DNA of 64,000 nt from an uncultured Acidobacteriota bacterium (GCA_963796275.1 CAWCKY010000007.1:224001-288000), one strand, 5' to 3'; counted from the stretch's first letter, positions 1 to 10,670 are shown. Numbers and translations: made by a program. The notes: a model not told the origin generated them from the letters alone.

Positions 1-591
1 CGATGGTCCGAACTGGCGCAGCGGTCGGGCCGACAGATGCATCCGGAAGTGCAGTACTCTCGCTTCGCCTGGCCGGATCCACCCCATGAAGGGAGCCTCG
101 ACCTACAGGAGGCGACCGCGCTGGTGTCAATGTTCCGTGCCTACACCACGACACCGCACAACTGCTGGTTGGCAATCTGGCACGGATTCGGCTATCTGAC
201 GGGCTCTGTCAGCGTGCACGTCGCGCGTGAGCGCGGGCTTCGAGCCTGGCTTCAGCGGCGCCGCGCCGCGCGCAGTTACCTATTCGAACCGCCGAGCGAT
301 CTCGCCGATGCGCCGACCGTGTCTCTCCCGGCTCGGGAGTACTTCTTGTATCGAGGGCCGATCGACGTCGTTCCGCGATTCGAGCATCTGCCGGGCCACC
401 TTCAGACGCCGAATATGTGGTGGCCGGAGGACCGCGCGTGGTTCGTGGCGACGGAAATCGACTTCGACTCAACGCTCGTGGCATGCGCCCGGGCGTGTGT
501 TGGAGCCTTGCTGGGTAGCGACCTCGAGGTTTTAGAGGTGTCCGTGGAGACCCGGCTCGACATCGATGGCGATACCGTCAACGCCAAATGA
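1..591 (+). CDS. Conserved hypothetical protein, probably 5'-partial
   Basis: Frame open from base 1 (RWSELAQRSGRQMHP...); Trp-rich motifs CWLAIWHGFG and PNMWWPEDRAWFVATEIDFDST look protein-like. Confidence 0.6.
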   Translation, partial: RWSELAQRSGRQMHPEVQYSRFAWPDPPHEGSLDLQEATALVSMFRAYTTTPHNCWLAIWHGFGYLTGSVSVHVARERGLRAWLQRRRAARSYLFEPPSDLADAPTVSLPAREYFLYRGPIDVVPRFEHLPGHLQTPNMWWPEDRAWFVATEIDFDSTLVACARACVGALLGSDLEVLEVSVETRLDIDGDTVNAK

Positions 592-712
592 CGCAGGTCC
601 GCGGTGTGATTCAGATGAAGACCGGACTCTTATTCATCAGGAATCAAACGGTTATGGCTGAGGACGCTATTGATAATTTGGCTTTGCATCTGAGCCACGC
701 TTTTCTCGCTTC

Positions 713-1609
713 CTACTTGTTTGTGAGGAAAGAGCGGATCGGTTTCATATCCGATCCTGTCGCGCGAGAAAGGTCGCTGATCCGGCGAGCGAGCGACTTA
801 CGCAGGCGGAGGACGCGGATTTTCAGCGCGTTGAGCGTGATGCCTAATCGCGCAGCCAGTTCCCGGCGCCCATCGATGCGTTCGCGTTGCTCGCCGCAGT
901 AGTACCTCAGCAGCAGGTCGCGGTGGGCGGGAGGGAGTTGCGCCAGGCAACTTTCCAATTTCTCGAGCCGGCGTTCGTATAGATCGCGAAATTCGGCCCG
1001 CGCGAGCACCTCGACTGGATCGTGACAGGGGTGTTCGGCCTGGCTGATGTCGTCCAGCGAACATGACTGTCTGGCGCGGGACTCCCGATATTCGCGCAGC
1101 ACGTTGCGGGCCACGCCGTAAAAATACCGTACCGGCTCGCCGGCCAGAATCTCCTTGCCTTCCGCGAGTCGGCGCGCCACCCGGTTGATCGTTTCGTCGA
1201 CCATCTCGGCCGGTGTGTGACATCCACGGCGCTCGAAGAACTTCGCCAGCTTTTGCCGGAGCAGCAAATACTTTTCTCCGGCCCGATCTAAGTCGGCGTC
1301 GAGCTGGGCTAGCAGCGCGCGGAAAGCCTCTGCGGTCATTTCCCATGCAGCGCCCTTTTGCCGGCCCTCAGAGCGGCGACCGGTCGTGACCGGCTCGGCC
1401 GCGACCGATCGCCTCAATGGCTGAGGAGTTGCATCCATAATGATTGATTCGAAAGACAACACCCGCTCTTCCTCGATCACGATCGTGGTGGTCATGGTGG
1501 AAAAGGTTAAATCCGAACAGTCGATGTATTCGGCGCGTCGAACGCCGGCTTTCCAGATCAGCCGTCTGGTCTCAGTCAAAAAACTATCCGTCTTTCTGAT
1601 CTTCTTCAT
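713..1609 (-). CDS. ECF-type sigma-70 family RNA polymerase sigma factor (start could be 1438 or 1339)
   Basis: Region-2-like VDETINRV...YFYGVARNVLRE; region-4 HTH LESCLAQLP...ELAARLGITLNALKIRVLRLRKSL; GAGG upstream of ATG 1609. Confidence 0.8.
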   Translation of the reverse strand: MKKIRKTDSFLTETRRLIWKAGVRRAEYIDCSDLTFSTMTTTIVIEEERVLSFESIIMDATPQPLRRSVAAEPVTTGRRSEGRQKGAAWEMTAEAFRALLAQLDADLDRAGEKYLLLRQKLAKFFERRGCHTPAEMVDETINRVARRLAEGKEILAGEPVRYFYGVARNVLREYRESRARQSCSLDDISQAEHPCHDPVEVLARAEFRDLYERRLEKLESCLAQLPPAHRDLLLRYYCGEQRERIDGRRELAARLGITLNALKIRVLRLRKSLARRISDLSRATGSDMKPIRSFLTNK

Positions 1610-1648
1610 AGTGGCCTCTGCTACTTTTCGTCAGTGGGCGTTCTAAAT

Positions 1649-1665
1649 TGACTGATCGTCAGTCA
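1649..1665. promoter_or_regulatory. Perfect palindrome TGACTGA-TCG-TCAGTCA, candidate operator in the divergent promoter region
   Basis: Seen directly between the divergent sigma and wHTH genes. Confidence 0.45.
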
Positions 1666-1768
1666 TTTGGCGTCCGTTTCGCCAACTGCCCGATCACTAT
1701 CGGCCTGGAGAGGGCTAAAAGTACTCAAAGAGGCCATCAAAAAGATCTCAAAGAGTTGTAAAACCAGT

Positions 1769-4204
1769 ATGAACAGACAAATCAGGCTCTTCTACGAATT
1801 CGGCCCGTTCAAACTCGAAGCGACAGAGCGCGTCCTGCTGCGCGAAGACAAACCGCTGCCGCTGACTCCCAGGGGCGTAGAACTTCTCCTGACGCTAGTC
1901 GAAAACCGCGGGCGGCTCATGGAAAAGGACGAGTTGCTGGACAAGGTCTGGGGCGACGCATTTGTCGAACCGGCCAATCTTACGCAGACCATCTCGGTGC
2001 TGAGAAAACTTCTGGAGGACGATTCCCAGACGCCCCAATATATTCAAACTGTGGCTAGACGCGGCTACCGCTTCATCGCCGAGGTGAATGTGGTCACCAT
2101 CGAGGAACGGCAGGTCGCCGTCGAAGAACAGACGCAATCCACAATCATCATCGATTATAAAGATGAGATAAAAAAGCCGGCACTCTGGCGACGAATGCTG
2201 GCGAGCGCTTTGCTATCACACAATCGCGCGCTGATCTCAACAGCGGTGGCTTTTGGGCTGGGCGGGCTTGGACTGTCGACCTGGCTGATCCTAAACTTGA
2301 CGCCTTGGCCCTGGACATCAAAGTCGGGCAATTGGCGAATCACGCCTTTAATAACGGAGCGGGGGCGAAACATCGACGCGCTGGCGGGCGCGCGCTTCTC
2401 GCCCCATGGCCGACTCATCGCTTTCGTTTCAGACGGAAATAACATTTGGGTTATGCAGGTCAACGGCACTCGGCCCATTCAGGCGACGCGGGGGCAATGG
2501 CGCGATTTCCCCCCCATCTGGTCGGCGAACAGCGAACGCCTCGCCTTTATTTCCAACAGGGGCAATCAAATAGGCGTCTGGACGGTCCCGTTTCTCGGGG
2601 GCGAGGTCGAATTATTGAAGGTCTTGGGCGACCCATCGCTCAACCCTTCGCTCAACATTAGAGACAGCCCGCCGAAACTCACGGCCTGGACCAGAGACGG
2701 ACGGAGCATCTATTACGAATGGAACCGTAACCTCTTCCGCCTGGACCTTCAATCAAAAGAAATCGTGAAGGGCGTCAGTTTCGGCGATCAGGTTAAAACA
2801 CCCAGCCAATTCTCGCTCTCGCCGGACGAGAGATGGCTGGCTTTTGTAGACGAACGCGGCGGCCAGTTCGACATCTGGAAGATGGAGCTGGCCGGCGGCG
2901 CCCCGGTACAGGTAACAAATGATGCGGACTTTGACCTCAATCCTATCTGGAGCCCCGACGGGCAACATTTGGTTTACAACTCCGTGCGCGACGGCCGGCG
3001 CCAGATTTACCGCGTCTCCGCGGCGGGCGGCGCCCCGGAGCCGCTGACGACCGGCGATTACGAGGGATCTATCTCTGACATTTCTCCCGACGGCGCAAAG
3101 ATTCTGAGCCACAGCCTAGGTGGCGAATCCGATCTGTTCGCCGTCAACATCGAGAGCGGTGGGGAACGGCAACTCACCGGGGATCTCGGCGTCGAATTCT
3201 GGCCAAACGTCTCTCCCAACGGCTCGGCCATCGTCTACCAGGCCATTTTCGGCGAACGATTCGAGTGGGACCCGCGCCGTGGAGCGCTCTTTATCCGGAA
3301 TTTGATCGACGGAACACAGTCGCGCCGAATCGTGGCAGATGGGTTTTCCGCACAGTGGTCGCCCAACAGCGAGCAGATCGCTTTCCTACGCTGGCCGGCG
3401 CCGGACAGGAAATCACATAGCCTTTGGTTGACGCCGTCGGCCGGCGGCGCGGAAAAGCGGCTGGTCGGCGAAGGCGTGAATTACGCGGGACAGACCAAAT
3501 TCCCAACATACAACCGGCTGCAAGTCGCCGATTACAGTTGGTCGCCTGACAGCGCGCAAATCGCCTATTGCGCCAAAAATGATGGCATGGCCAACATCTG
3601 GAGCATTACCGTTGAGAGCGGGCGCGCTATTCGGATTTCGTCCAACGCCGACATCGGCCAGCGGCTCTATTGTCCGCTTTGGTCGCCGCGCGGAGAACAA
3701 CTGGCCTTCATCTCTGAATCTCCCCCGCAGCCGACGCCGGGGAAGCAGGTTTGGGGCTTATGGGTGTATAGACAGGGCAAGCTGGAGATGGTCTATCGGA
3801 CTGAATCCATCCTTCGCCTGCTCGGCTGGACTGCGGATGATGAATTGATAGTCGCCCTGGACGCCAACAAAGACCTGAATCGGAGACTGCCCACCGAAGT
3901 GCAAATCGTGACTGTGTCCGCGAAGGGAACCCGCCCTCGCTTCATTCAACGCGTCCCTTCTGTCTACCTGGCCAACGTTCACCTGTCGCCGGACAGGCGA
4001 AACCTTTCTTTCGTTACGGCACAAGATGGTAGGGAGAGTATTCAGATTCTCCCGATGAGCGGCGGCCCGATGAGACAGGTAACCATCAACGTGGATGAGA
4101 ATCTGCGCTATTCCAGCCTCACATGGGCTCCCGACGGAAAGACGATTTATTTCAGCAAGCAATCCAAATGGAACTTGCTTACCTTGATTGAGAACCTGAA
4201 TTGA
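1769..4204 (+). CDS. CadC/ToxR-like transmembrane regulator: OmpR-type winged helix, one TM helix, TolB/PD40 beta-propeller repeats
   Basis: N-terminal YEFGPFKL...LTPRGVELL...DELLDKVWGD...YIQTVARRGYRF; hydrophobic AVAFGLGGLGLSTWLIL; many (W/F)SPDG repeats. Confidence 0.9.
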   Translation: MNRQIRLFYEFGPFKLEATERVLLREDKPLPLTPRGVELLLTLVENRGRLMEKDELLDKVWGDAFVEPANLTQTISVLRKLLEDDSQTPQYIQTVARRGYRFIAEVNVVTIEERQVAVEEQTQSTIIIDYKDEIKKPALWRRMLASALLSHNRALISTAVAFGLGGLGLSTWLILNLTPWPWTSKSGNWRITPLITERGRNIDALAGARFSPHGRLIAFVSDGNNIWVMQVNGTRPIQATRGQWRDFPPIWSANSERLAFISNRGNQIGVWTVPFLGGEVELLKVLGDPSLNPSLNIRDSPPKLTAWTRDGRSIYYEWNRNLFRLDLQSKEIVKGVSFGDQVKTPSQFSLSPDERWLAFVDERGGQFDIWKMELAGGAPVQVTNDADFDLNPIWSPDGQHLVYNSVRDGRRQIYRVSAAGGAPEPLTTGDYEGSISDISPDGAKILSHSLGGESDLFAVNIESGGERQLTGDLGVEFWPNVSPNGSAIVYQAIFGERFEWDPRRGALFIRNLIDGTQSRRIVADGFSAQWSPNSEQIAFLRWPAPDRKSHSLWLTPSAGGAEKRLVGEGVNYAGQTKFPTYNRLQVADYSWSPDSAQIAYCAKNDGMANIWSITVESGRAIRISSNADIGQRLYCPLWSPRGEQLAFISESPPQPTPGKQVWGLWVYRQGKLEMVYRTESILRLLGWTADDELIVALDANKDLNRRLPTEVQIVTVSAKGTRPRFIQRVPSVYLANVHLSPDRRNLSFVTAQDGRESIQILPMSGGPMRQVTINVDENLRYSSLTWAPDGKTIYFSKQSKWNLLTLIENLN

Positions 4205-4217
4205 AAGGAGCACGAGT

Positions 4218-4538
4218 ATGGCTTTTAGTCCTGATGAGATGAGAAACTACTCTTTTCTCAACGTCCTGCTTGATAGATTTCGCAAACTGGCTTTCGATTA
4301 TTGTGCTGAAGGAGATACTCCCCAAGCCCGCTTCGAGCGGGTTAAGGAGATAAGGAAGGCCCTTACCGAAGAGGGGCGTTTGCCCAAGGCCCTCACCGGA
4401 GATGGGCCTCCGCCCAATAAAACAGACCAATTGCAAGGCTGCCCTTCCGGACAACACTGCGAGGGCGGCGCCTGCGTGCCCGACGATGTTTTCACCGGTT
4501 GGCCCGGAGGGGGTGACCCGCCTGCCTGGAATAAGTAG
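4218..4538 (+). CDS. Small hypothetical protein with Cys-rich C-terminal motif (CPSGQHCEGGACVP)
   Basis: Strong RBS AAGGAG just after the upstream stop; 106-aa ORF. Confidence 0.7.
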   Translation: MAFSPDEMRNYSFLNVLLDRFRKLAFDYCAEGDTPQARFERVKEIRKALTEEGRLPKALTGDGPPPNKTDQLQGCPSGQHCEGGACVPDDVFTGWPGGGDPPAWNK

Positions 4539-4680
4539 CCGTAATCGCATAGGGCCGGAGGCGTGACGCAGGTTTCTTATAACGTTTTGGTGAGCGGCTC
4601 GGTAAGAAGTGTACCACGTCATATAATTCACTGGTGCGACAGGAGTAAGTGCGATCCGTTCATCCGAAATGACTATGGAG

Positions 4681-5226
4681 TTAGGGATGGAGGACGAAGA
4701 CAGCGAGGACTTTGATAACTTGTGCATCAAAGGTCGATCCGCTCCAGGCTCTTCGACACGAATGATACGGCTTCAAACGATTGCTTTGTCGTTTGTCTCT
4801 TGATCGACATTAGAGTCCAAATAGACGAGACGATCGAGTCTGTGTCAGGGAAAGCGATGACACAGTCCTGATGGAGCTTGGCAGGGAAACTGCCGAGCTC
4901 GTCAGGACGCTCGGTCACTGCTCCTATATGCGGCTCCTTCTCCTACACTGGGGTTCGCTGCGCCGGCAGAAGCCGCTCCCGCACTACCCGACAGACGATG
5001 ATGTGCAGGAACGAGTTCAACGTTCATATCTCGGCAGTGTCCACCAGTGATCAAGACATCCTCCTCGTTCGGCTTCCGCTCCATCGAGAGCCAATTTGTA
5101 CAGCGTCAGCAGCCGCACGAGCATGACATCGGCCATCGGACCGGAGTGGTGTGGAATATTGTCGAGGAAACCGCACACTCTTCGATGTAATCGTCGAGAG
5201 TCATTGTTCCTTAGTAAGGAATCCAA
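4681..5226 (-). pseudogene. Possible heavily degraded HD-GYP phosphodiesterase remnant
   Basis: Fragments in different frames: ERPDELGSFP (cf. HERxDGxGYP) and WSGSTFDAQVIKVL (cf. SGTQFDPxVV); multiple frameshifts. Confidence 0.3.
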
Positions 5227-5574
5227 CCCAACTTACTATGCAGGGAATCAATTCTTCGTCTATGTCTTTGATTTACGAACCATCATCGCGCTGGTTTACT
5301 TCCGATGATTTGAGCGAATGGAATTGGGAATTCTGATCATAGTATCTGATGATGATCCGGCAATACCGGCGCGAGACAGAGCCCTTGCTCAGAAGAACGT
5401 ATCCTCAAGGCTCAGGAGTACACCTTCCGCGATGCGGGTCACGCATTATCCAATCTAAAGCGCGAAGACTTCTTTTTAATCGTTAGAAGTTTTTTCAATA
5501 GGGTTGTTCAGGGGGGCTCTGATCATTCGACCAGTCGAGAAAAAAGAAATCGATGCCGTTCGGTCACGATCTTT

Positions 5575-5618
5575 CATAAAGTTATATGACAAAGATAGTG
5601 CATAAAGTTATGTGACAA
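5575..5618. repeat. 18-bp direct repeat CATAAAGTTAT(A/G)TGACAA, possible regulator site
   Basis: Copies at 5575-5592 and 5601-5618 in AT-rich intergenic DNA. Confidence 0.5.
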
Positions 5619-6144
5619 GAATGAGATTTACGTCACCTATTTACAAGAGGTGTCAATTCGGTAAAGGACGAAACCTCTTCGGTATACGTGAGAAGAAGGG
5701 GCTATTGAGAACAAAGGAGTTAGCAGTAGTCCAGGAGGGTATCCGAAGTGGGGGGCATTCCCATGTCGAACCGGGATCGCGAAACGAGTTGGAAAATTAT
5801 GTCTAAGAGGAGGGGGTAAGAGAGAAGAAAACCAACATTGCGAAAACCGCCAGAGGATTCAAACAACCCGGGAGTGCTCACGCGCGGACGACACATTTGG
5901 CTGTGTCCGATTTTCAGGCGATGCTATGGAATGGAAAGACAGGGAGTTAAGGATTTATGAGGGAAGCGGCTACCATTCAAAGGGTTGTATACAGTCTTGC
6001 AAAGTGATGTGTGGTAGCGCATATTTTAATCAACCTCGAGACGGTGCGGTGATATTCGTGAGAGAATTTTTGCCGTTCTCGTTGGATCAGGTGGGAAGTG
6101 CCCACGTTTTATCAAGTTTTGTTACGCAAAAAGAGATAGCCAAG

Positions 6145-7776
6145 ATGATTTTTTCTTTCCTCCTGAGAAGATTTTTCCTGTTGCTGTTGTTTGCGGTTGT
6201 CTCAGCCTTCCCGGACAACGCCAACGCACAATGCCCTGAAGGCAAGCCCCCGAACAGCGATGGGAGTTGCGGTAAAGCAGTTAAAAACAAACCAGCTAAA
6301 GACAAACCAGCCGCCTCCCGCGCCAAACCGGTACGTACGCGAGAGGTATCGCCTCGACCGAATAACAGTGTCATTGCGGCGGGATCGCGCAACAACGCCG
6401 TCACCAACAGCTGTTCGATCGATGTACGTGTGACCAAACTGGGCGGCGAACCTTTGGCGGCCGTCAATTTGATGCTGGATAATTCGATACTGAACATCGG
6501 TGTTACGGATGCGGAGGGTGGGTACAAGTTTAAAAACCTGCCGTGCAAACGTAGTTATAAGATTACGCCGGGGCATGCGAAGTTCATATTCAACGTTCCA
6601 GCCGCTACCATCACGAACCTGACGAATAACGAGTCAACTACTTTCGTTGCGTCCACGCGTGAAAAGATCGTCCCCGAGGCTATCATCGCGTCCACTCGTG
6701 AAAAGATCGTGGCTAAGGAAGAAATTCGCTCCTGCAACCCGCCACCGACATATCTTCAACCTCCGAAGATCAAGTTCGGCGAATCATTGACCGGCAAGCT
6801 GAACACGAAAACTTCGTTTTGTGACGAGAAGACGAAACTATATTTTCAGTCTTATCAGCTCGATGGTGCTCTCGGTGGCGACATCATTCAGTTCGAACTG
6901 CAATCAGCATCGGACATGATAATTCAAGTTACCGATCAAACGGGAAGACCCATTACGATCGGGCCCGAAGGCGAATCGGATGACCCCGCAAGTCGACAGT
7001 TGGTCCTTCCCATAGCCGGAGATTACTCGTTCCGCGTTATCGACAGATCAAATCGACCGAGCGATTATCGTTTGAGTGTGACCCGCAAAGGACTGACAGA
7101 TGAAGGCTATCACAGTCAGCTGAATCGCGCTTATACCTTCATCGCCGAACCTGGCAATCCAACTTTTTTCAGTTCGTTAAATCGACACCTCGAGCGCATC
7201 ACTCCATTTACTGGAAAAACTTCGGAACAGAAGATCAATGATGCCATCGCGATCCTCGAGCGTATGCGAGAGATGGCTCCCAACAAACCGGAGGCTATTT
7301 CGATGTTGGCAGCGATTCAACTCTACTTACGCAAAGACCTGGTAACTGCACGAGAGCTGGCAATCAAAGCGATTGAGCTCGGGGGCGAAGCTAGGTTCAG
7401 GGTCAATTACGGAGTGAAACTGGATAAAGATTTGCGGCGCATCACTGATGGCAACCACCCTTGTTGGCTGATCATCAGTAAAGACAAGATCGCCTGCGAG
7501 AGCTTCAATCCGAAAGAAGGCGAAGTATTCACCAGTAACCCGGATTTGATGGCGAACAAAAGTATCGATGTCCCCAATTATTATCTAGGCTTGTCGATCT
7601 ACGGCAAAGGAAGAAAAATGAGTAAGATCGAAAAGCGGGTAATCGAGGTCGATGAAGTAGATTCTTTTTACTTTATTCCGCTGTCCTTGTCGGATATGAA
7701 TACCAAATTTTCTTTGACCGAATCTACCACGATCAAAAACTTAATCAAGCAATTCGTTCCAATAAAACAACAATAA
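6145..7776 (+). CDS. Secreted hypothetical protein: carboxypeptidase-regulatory-like domain, PPC-like domain, TPR-like helix
   Basis: Signal peptide MIFSFLLRRFFLLLLFAVV..; GEPLAAVNL..TDAEGGYKFKNL; start placed at ATG 6145 in ORF 5926..7776. Confidence 0.7.
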   Translation: MIFSFLLRRFFLLLLFAVVSAFPDNANAQCPEGKPPNSDGSCGKAVKNKPAKDKPAASRAKPVRTREVSPRPNNSVIAAGSRNNAVTNSCSIDVRVTKLGGEPLAAVNLMLDNSILNIGVTDAEGGYKFKNLPCKRSYKITPGHAKFIFNVPAATITNLTNNESTTFVASTREKIVPEAIIASTREKIVAKEEIRSCNPPPTYLQPPKIKFGESLTGKLNTKTSFCDEKTKLYFQSYQLDGALGGDIIQFELQSASDMIIQVTDQTGRPITIGPEGESDDPASRQLVLPIAGDYSFRVIDRSNRPSDYRLSVTRKGLTDEGYHSQLNRAYTFIAEPGNPTFFSSLNRHLERITPFTGKTSEQKINDAIAILERMREMAPNKPEAISMLAAIQLYLRKDLVTARELAIKAIELGGEARFRVNYGVKLDKDLRRITDGNHPCWLIISKDKIACESFNPKEGEVFTSNPDLMANKSIDVPNYYLGLSIYGKGRKMSKIEKRVIEVDEVDSFYFIPLSLSDMNTKFSLTESTTIKNLIKQFVPIKQQ

Positions 7777-7995
7777 AAAAACACAGGAAAGGCGACATTG
7801 GCATCCAGGTGCGTGCGTGTCGCAGCCACCAACTTCCCTCAAGCCAGTTTCTGACTCGACGACGATCTGGCGTTGAAGGATTGTTCCTTTTTGCCTTCAA
7901 GAGTCGGAAGCGGTATCATCGCGCGGATTTCCGCACGTGCTACCAGTGTCCGCTACACACTTTCAAGTCAAATTGGCAAAACGGAGATAATCGAA

Positions 7996-8625
7996 ATGGC
8001 CGATCGTTACCTCATCAGCTTGCTCGGCGAAAATGAGCAGATACTCTTTGTCACCCGCCAACACTTGCTCGTTCTGCTGGGTGAAATCCTGTCCGAACTG
8101 GTACTAGCTACCGCTCTCTGCTTTCTCATAACCCTGATCTGGATGTTCTGGCTACCCAATCCGCTCGTCCCGCTCGGGTATCTTTTGCTGTTATTACCGA
8201 TGGTAAGTCTGCTGCGTGATCTGCTGATCTGGAAGAACCGCCGATACATCGTCACAAATTGGCGTGTCATTCAAATTGCCGGCGTCTTCAATAAAGAAGT
8301 ATCCGATTCCTCGCTTGAGAAGGTAAATGATGTCAGGCTGGAACAATCCTTTTGGGGAAGAATGTTGAATTACGGGAACATTGAAATACTCACTGCCAGT
8401 GAGTTGGGTGTTAGTATGTTTAGAAAGGTCGGACGCCCGATTAGCCTGAAGACAGCAATGCTCAATGCCAAAGAAAATCTGAATCAAGGCATAACTGATT
8501 TGGGAGCCCGCTCAGATGGAAATCTTGTCGACCTGATCGCCCAACTCGACAGCCTGAGGAAGCACGGAATATTAAGCGAAGCAGAATTCCAACAGAAGAA
8601 AGCTAATATACTCGCAAGGATTTGA
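7996..8625 (+). CDS. Membrane-flanked bacterial PH-domain protein with C-terminal SHOCT domain
   Basis: YIVTNWRVI..GVF..QSFWGRMLNYGNIEI; LDSLRKHGILSEAEFQQKKANIL; GGAG RBS. Confidence 0.85.
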   Translation: MADRYLISLLGENEQILFVTRQHLLVLLGEILSELVLATALCFLITLIWMFWLPNPLVPLGYLLLLLPMVSLLRDLLIWKNRRYIVTNWRVIQIAGVFNKEVSDSSLEKVNDVRLEQSFWGRMLNYGNIEILTASELGVSMFRKVGRPISLKTAMLNAKENLNQGITDLGARSDGNLVDLIAQLDSLRKHGILSEAEFQQKKANILARI

Positions 8626-8645
8626 CCCGCCATCATTATCTTGAC

Positions 8646-8778
8646 TGGTAGTGGATTTATCCGACGCGCTCGGTCCCCCCAAGCCGAATATCGTTCCGCG
8701 GGTAATCTGCAAGGTCAGGTCACGCACTGCCGTCACGGCGCCGATGGTCTTACTCAGTTTGCGTGCCTCGATTACCAT
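8646..8778 (-). pseudogene. N-terminal remnant of an ABC transporter ATP-binding protein
   Basis: IEARKLSKTIGAVTAVRDLTLQI..IFGLGGPSASDKSTT is a decayed Walker A; rest of domain absent. Confidence 0.65.
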
Positions 8779-8853
8779 TATTTTTTCGTGCCGCCTTTCT
8801 TATTTCTGGCTTTTCGTGCTTTCTTTGTGTATTGGACGCGGCCGCTATCACTA

Positions 8854-10470
8854 TCACTTATTTTTTTTCTGGCTCGATTGTTCCATCACGCAATTGAAAT
8901 TCGCCGCTTCATCAGTACTGCCGCTACCTTTGTAACGGGCTACTTGCGGATAGGGGCAGAGCGGGCGAGTGCGCAGCACTGTAGATTGTGGGCCAGCCCC
9001 CTGCCGTTTTGTGGCGATGACCTTTTCCGGCGCGACGCCCTGTTCCACCCATCGTTCGAGCGCCAGCGTCAGATCATTTTGCGGGTCGGATTGCGTTCCG
9101 GTTACCGTCTGGCCGAAGTTGTCCGGGCCGGGGCCTCCGGCACAATGCTGTACGCCCGGCGCCATAAACAATCGCACGAAGCTGTCCGTCTGCCGCTGCC
9201 CGAGTTTAGCCATTACGCTCTTGAAATAGTTGACGGTGTTCATCGGCGGCAGCGCCGCATCGTTCCAGCCGTGATAGATGATCAACTTACCGCCGCGCGC
9301 GCTGAACGCTTTCAGATTTGGATCGGTCGCATTCAGAATGCGCGCCAGTTTTTCATCCGACAGTTTCCCGTCGCGTTCCAGATCGAAGGATTTATAGTCC
9401 CAGTTCGGGTTGTTATAAACCATATGCTTGAATATTTGCGTGGAGAAAAAGAATTGCAGGGATGAAGCGGGAGTCAGGCCCGTGATCCAGGGAGCCCAAC
9501 CGCCCGGCCCCGTTTCGCCCCCCGGCGTAAAACCGGGAACGATTTGTTCTCTTTTGGCATTGCGCGGCCCTGCATAAATTTTCGTCAGCGCTGCGATCTG
9601 CTTTTCGGTCAGGCACTCGTCGGTTTCCGCACCTTTGCACAACAGGACAGAAGGGGCGAATTCGCATTTCGTCGGATCATCAAGCACTCCATCGGTCACC
9701 CCGTCGCGCGCGTCGCAATTCGCAAGCACGGCGCCCTCGAGTGCTTTCAATTTTTTCGCCGGGATGTAGCTGGCCGGGTCGCTCAGCGTTATCTGCATAT
9801 TCCAGGCAAACCCAGAGAGTATCTGAGTGAACGCATTCGCCGGCGCGCCGGCAATGATCCCATCGTAATCGTTGGGATAGCGTTGCGCCTCCATCAACGC
9901 CTGTCGCCCGCCGTTCGAGCAACTGGCAAAATAAGAACGCTTCGGGCCCTCGCCGTAGAAGGCCTTGACGATCAGCTTGGCTTTGTCGGTCATCTCATGA
10001 ATTCCGCGGTAGCCGTAATCCACCACCTTTTCGGGATGTCCCCCCGCCCAGCTCGCATCGTTCCCCCCGTGCCCCGTGTCGGTTGATGCAGATGCGTATC
10101 CGCGCGCCAACGCGCCGGCGAGACCCGTGTAAGAGATCGAACCGGCGAAGCCGCCGTTTCCTATGCCTTGAAATTTGCCGTTCCAATTCTCGCTCGGCAA
10201 CCAGACTTCGAACTTTATCTCCGAATCTTTCGTCGGTTTGATAATGCCAGCCACGCGGCAAAAGGCCGGCAATTCCTTGTACGGTGCGGCGGAACCCGTT
10301 GCGGGCGTGTATCCCCCCATCACCACTGATTGCGCGGTCGTTATCGTCGTATCCGGCAGTTTCAACTCAGCCAGCCCTTCGCAAGTGGCGGCGGAGACCT
10401 CGCCGAACGCCAGCGCGGCGACCATGGGAGCCAGACAGAACGCAAATAATCGAAGCAGCGGTTTTTTCAT
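8854..10470 (-). CDS. Tannase/feruloyl esterase family alpha/beta hydrolase, secreted
   Basis: [35 protein letters not shown] motif, RPLCPYP. Confidence 0.92.
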   Translation of the reverse strand: MKKPLLRLFAFCLAPMVAALAFGEVSAATCEGLAELKLPDTTITTAQSVVMGGYTPATGSAAPYKELPAFCRVAGIIKPTKDSEIKFEVWLPSENWNGKFQGIGNGGFAGSISYTGLAGALARGYASASTDTGHGGNDASWAGGHPEKVVDYGYRGIHEMTDKAKLIVKAFYGEGPKRSYFASCSNGGRQALMEAQRYPNDYDGIIAGAPANAFTQILSGFAWNMQITLSDPASYIPAKKLKALEGAVLANCDARDGVTDGVLDDPTKCEFAPSVLLCKGAETDECLTEKQIAALTKIYAGPRNAKREQIVPGFTPGGETGPGGWAPWITGLTPASSLQFFFSTQIFKHMVYNNPNWDYKSFDLERDGKLSDEKLARILNATDPNLKAFSARGGKLIIYHGWNDAALPPMNTVNYFKSVMAKLGQRQTDSFVRLFMAPGVQHCAGGPGPDNFGQTVTGTQSDPQNDLTLALERWVEQGVAPEKVIATKRQGAGPQSTVLRTRPLCPYPQVARYKGSGSTDEAANFNCVMEQSSQKKNK

Positions 10471-10670
10471 TGATTGATCTCCTTAGAAATTGCATGTGCA
10501 GCCCCGCCAACAGGCGGTTGATGTCTTGTTTGGAGGTCCGTCTTGAGGCGGTCAGAGTAAAGCGCCTTTAGACATCCGGAAGATAAAACTCCATGCCATT
10601 CTCCATATGTTTATTGTTTCCGGGTGTCGCGCAGTTTAAATTGGAATAGCGGTCAGAGCGTGCTGAGTAT

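Noticed and set aside
1440-1609. Sigma N-terminal extension (TTTIVIEEE) as a homolog of the wHTH linker (STIIID)
   Set aside because: Similarity too short to support without an alignment statistic
5597-5620. dif/Xer site (CATAA..TTATGT)
   Set aside because: Only 2 bp between the arms rather than 6, and the XerD arm does not match
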